Positions 62,690 to 64,000 of a stretch of DNA of 64,000 nucleotides are shown piece by piece. The first letter of the stretch is position 1. Every line of letters begins with the position of its first letter. Source of the DNA: Tubulanus polymorphus (taxonomy: Eukaryota; Animalia; Nemertea); the NCBI RefSeq assembly GCF_964204645.1, contig NC_134033.1, forward strand, positions 6,038,231 through 6,102,230. Reading direction: 5' to 3'. The notes below the pieces were generated by a model, which was given only the letters and a program-made list of their open reading frames with translations, did not search any database and was not told the DNA's origin. The position numbers and the translations under genes were made by a program.

Positions 62690-63701
62690 TTATCGATTGT
62701 TCATATGTCCGTCCGTCCGTAGATGGAATCCAGTTATTTTGGGAAGTTTTGAAGACGCTTCAAGGTAATGTATTGATATTTGGTTTATACATGTATCTAC
62801 CCTAGACACATTTTCAGCCCAAAAACTGGCATCGTCAGATTCAAGATGGCCGACTGGCAGCCATTGTTGTTTGTCAAAATCTGCACTTTTTACACTTTTT
62901 GAGGGAAATTTTGAAGATGCTTTGATCAATTACCTTGATCTTTCGTATATATTTGAATCCCCCAAGGGCCCATCACCATAAGAAAAATGGGTCGATCGGA
63001 CTCAAGATGGCCGTCCTATGACCCTTTTTAGTGCTTTTTTGGCCCAAATTCTGGGTCCTGTAGCTTCCTACTGGTTTGCCATTTCTCATTGCAGGTATTT
63101 GTGATCGGCCAATTATGACGCAATTGGCGGCCATCTTGATATCATCAGTACTCATTTGTAGGTGGGAAAAAGTTTTTCCACATTATATTGATACCTATTG
63201 ATACCTATATTGATATTAAGCATATTTTGTTACCACAATCGATTGCAAAGTTGTAGCTCATGACATCATCTATGATTGTGGTGAGTTTTAAAGGCATTAG
63301 TTATTCTACCAGGGGGCGTTGAATAGTAGAATAACTTAGTATTTCCTTATTAGATTGGTACCTAGGTATATTTTGTAACCATGATCAATTGCAAAGTTGT
63401 AGTTTATAACATGTTCTATGATTTTGGTGAGTGTTAGGCTCATAGGGTTTTGCATATGGTCACCAGGGGGCGTTGAATAGAATTATTTAGTATATCCTTG
63501 TTAAATTGGTAACGAGGCATATTTTGTTATCACAATCAATTACAAGATCGTAATTGCTGACATGTTCTGTGATTGTGGTGAGTTTCAAGGTCATTGGTTT
63601 TTGTATAAGGTCATCAGGGGGTGTTGAATATTGAAATTGTTAGATTGTTGAGCATTGGAAACCACTTCCCAAGTGGGCGTGGTGTCCCTGGACCCCTAGT
63701 T
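62690..63701 (+). mobile_element. Non-autonomous Helentron (HINE)-like element, same family as 43265-44908
   Basis: (CCGT)3 microsatellite near the 5' end, internal tandem units, and 3' hairpin GGTGTCCCTGGACCCC plus TAGTT. Confidence 0.65.
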
Positions 63702-64000
63702 TGGTGAAAAATTTACTCTCCTTCCTGATGGAAACTACTACAATTTAACGTCAGCTAGCCCGGTCTGCTACGTAACGACCCGATATCACCACATCAATTA
63801 CTCATTTATTCTCTGAAGATCTGCAGAAATATCAGTAGTAGAAACGACTTCATTCTTATGATCGTGTGTTTTACTTCGAATGTTTACCGCGCCTTCTGAT
63901 GTGTTGTGGCCGGCGTAAGAAGATAGCTTCAGTTCGTTCGGCTTCATCGTGGTGATGTGAGTTTGATAGAACGAACCCTTTGTGTAGGTTGTTCACAAAA

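Overview
Animal (invertebrate-looking, AT-rich, intron-containing) genomic DNA; the species cannot be determined from the sequence. The left half is a nest of viral and mobile DNA. It begins with a non-LTR RT fragment (1-678) and a shattered Polinton/Maverick (adintovirus-like) copy A (~679-6795). Next is a complete, boundary-defined Polinton copy B (8535-32464) with ~590-bp TIRs, AG...CT ends and a perfect 6-bp TSD (TCCATT). Copy B encodes pPolB, rve integrase with chromodomain, packaging ATPase, major and minor capsid proteins, an NCLDV-type HNH nuclease and several membrane proteins; many are disabled and no adenain protease is visible. It has three unusual traits: each TIR begins with its own ~395-bp fold-back palindrome; most genes start with a T-run/TAAATG motif resembling poxvirus late promoters; and it carries a nested 6.6-kb Helentron with a herpes-type deubiquitinase plus OTU gene, whose removal restores a TIR-initiated chimeric ORF. 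The right half is host DNA: an intronless peptide-type GPCR ~300 bp from the Polinton end, a 12+ exon gene for a short major-vault-protein-like protein, and the 5' part of HLTF. These are interspersed with MITEs, Helentron-derived repeats, minisatellites and Penelope-type hammerhead ribozyme motifs. All calls are from motif reading and hand alignment; no database searches were run.
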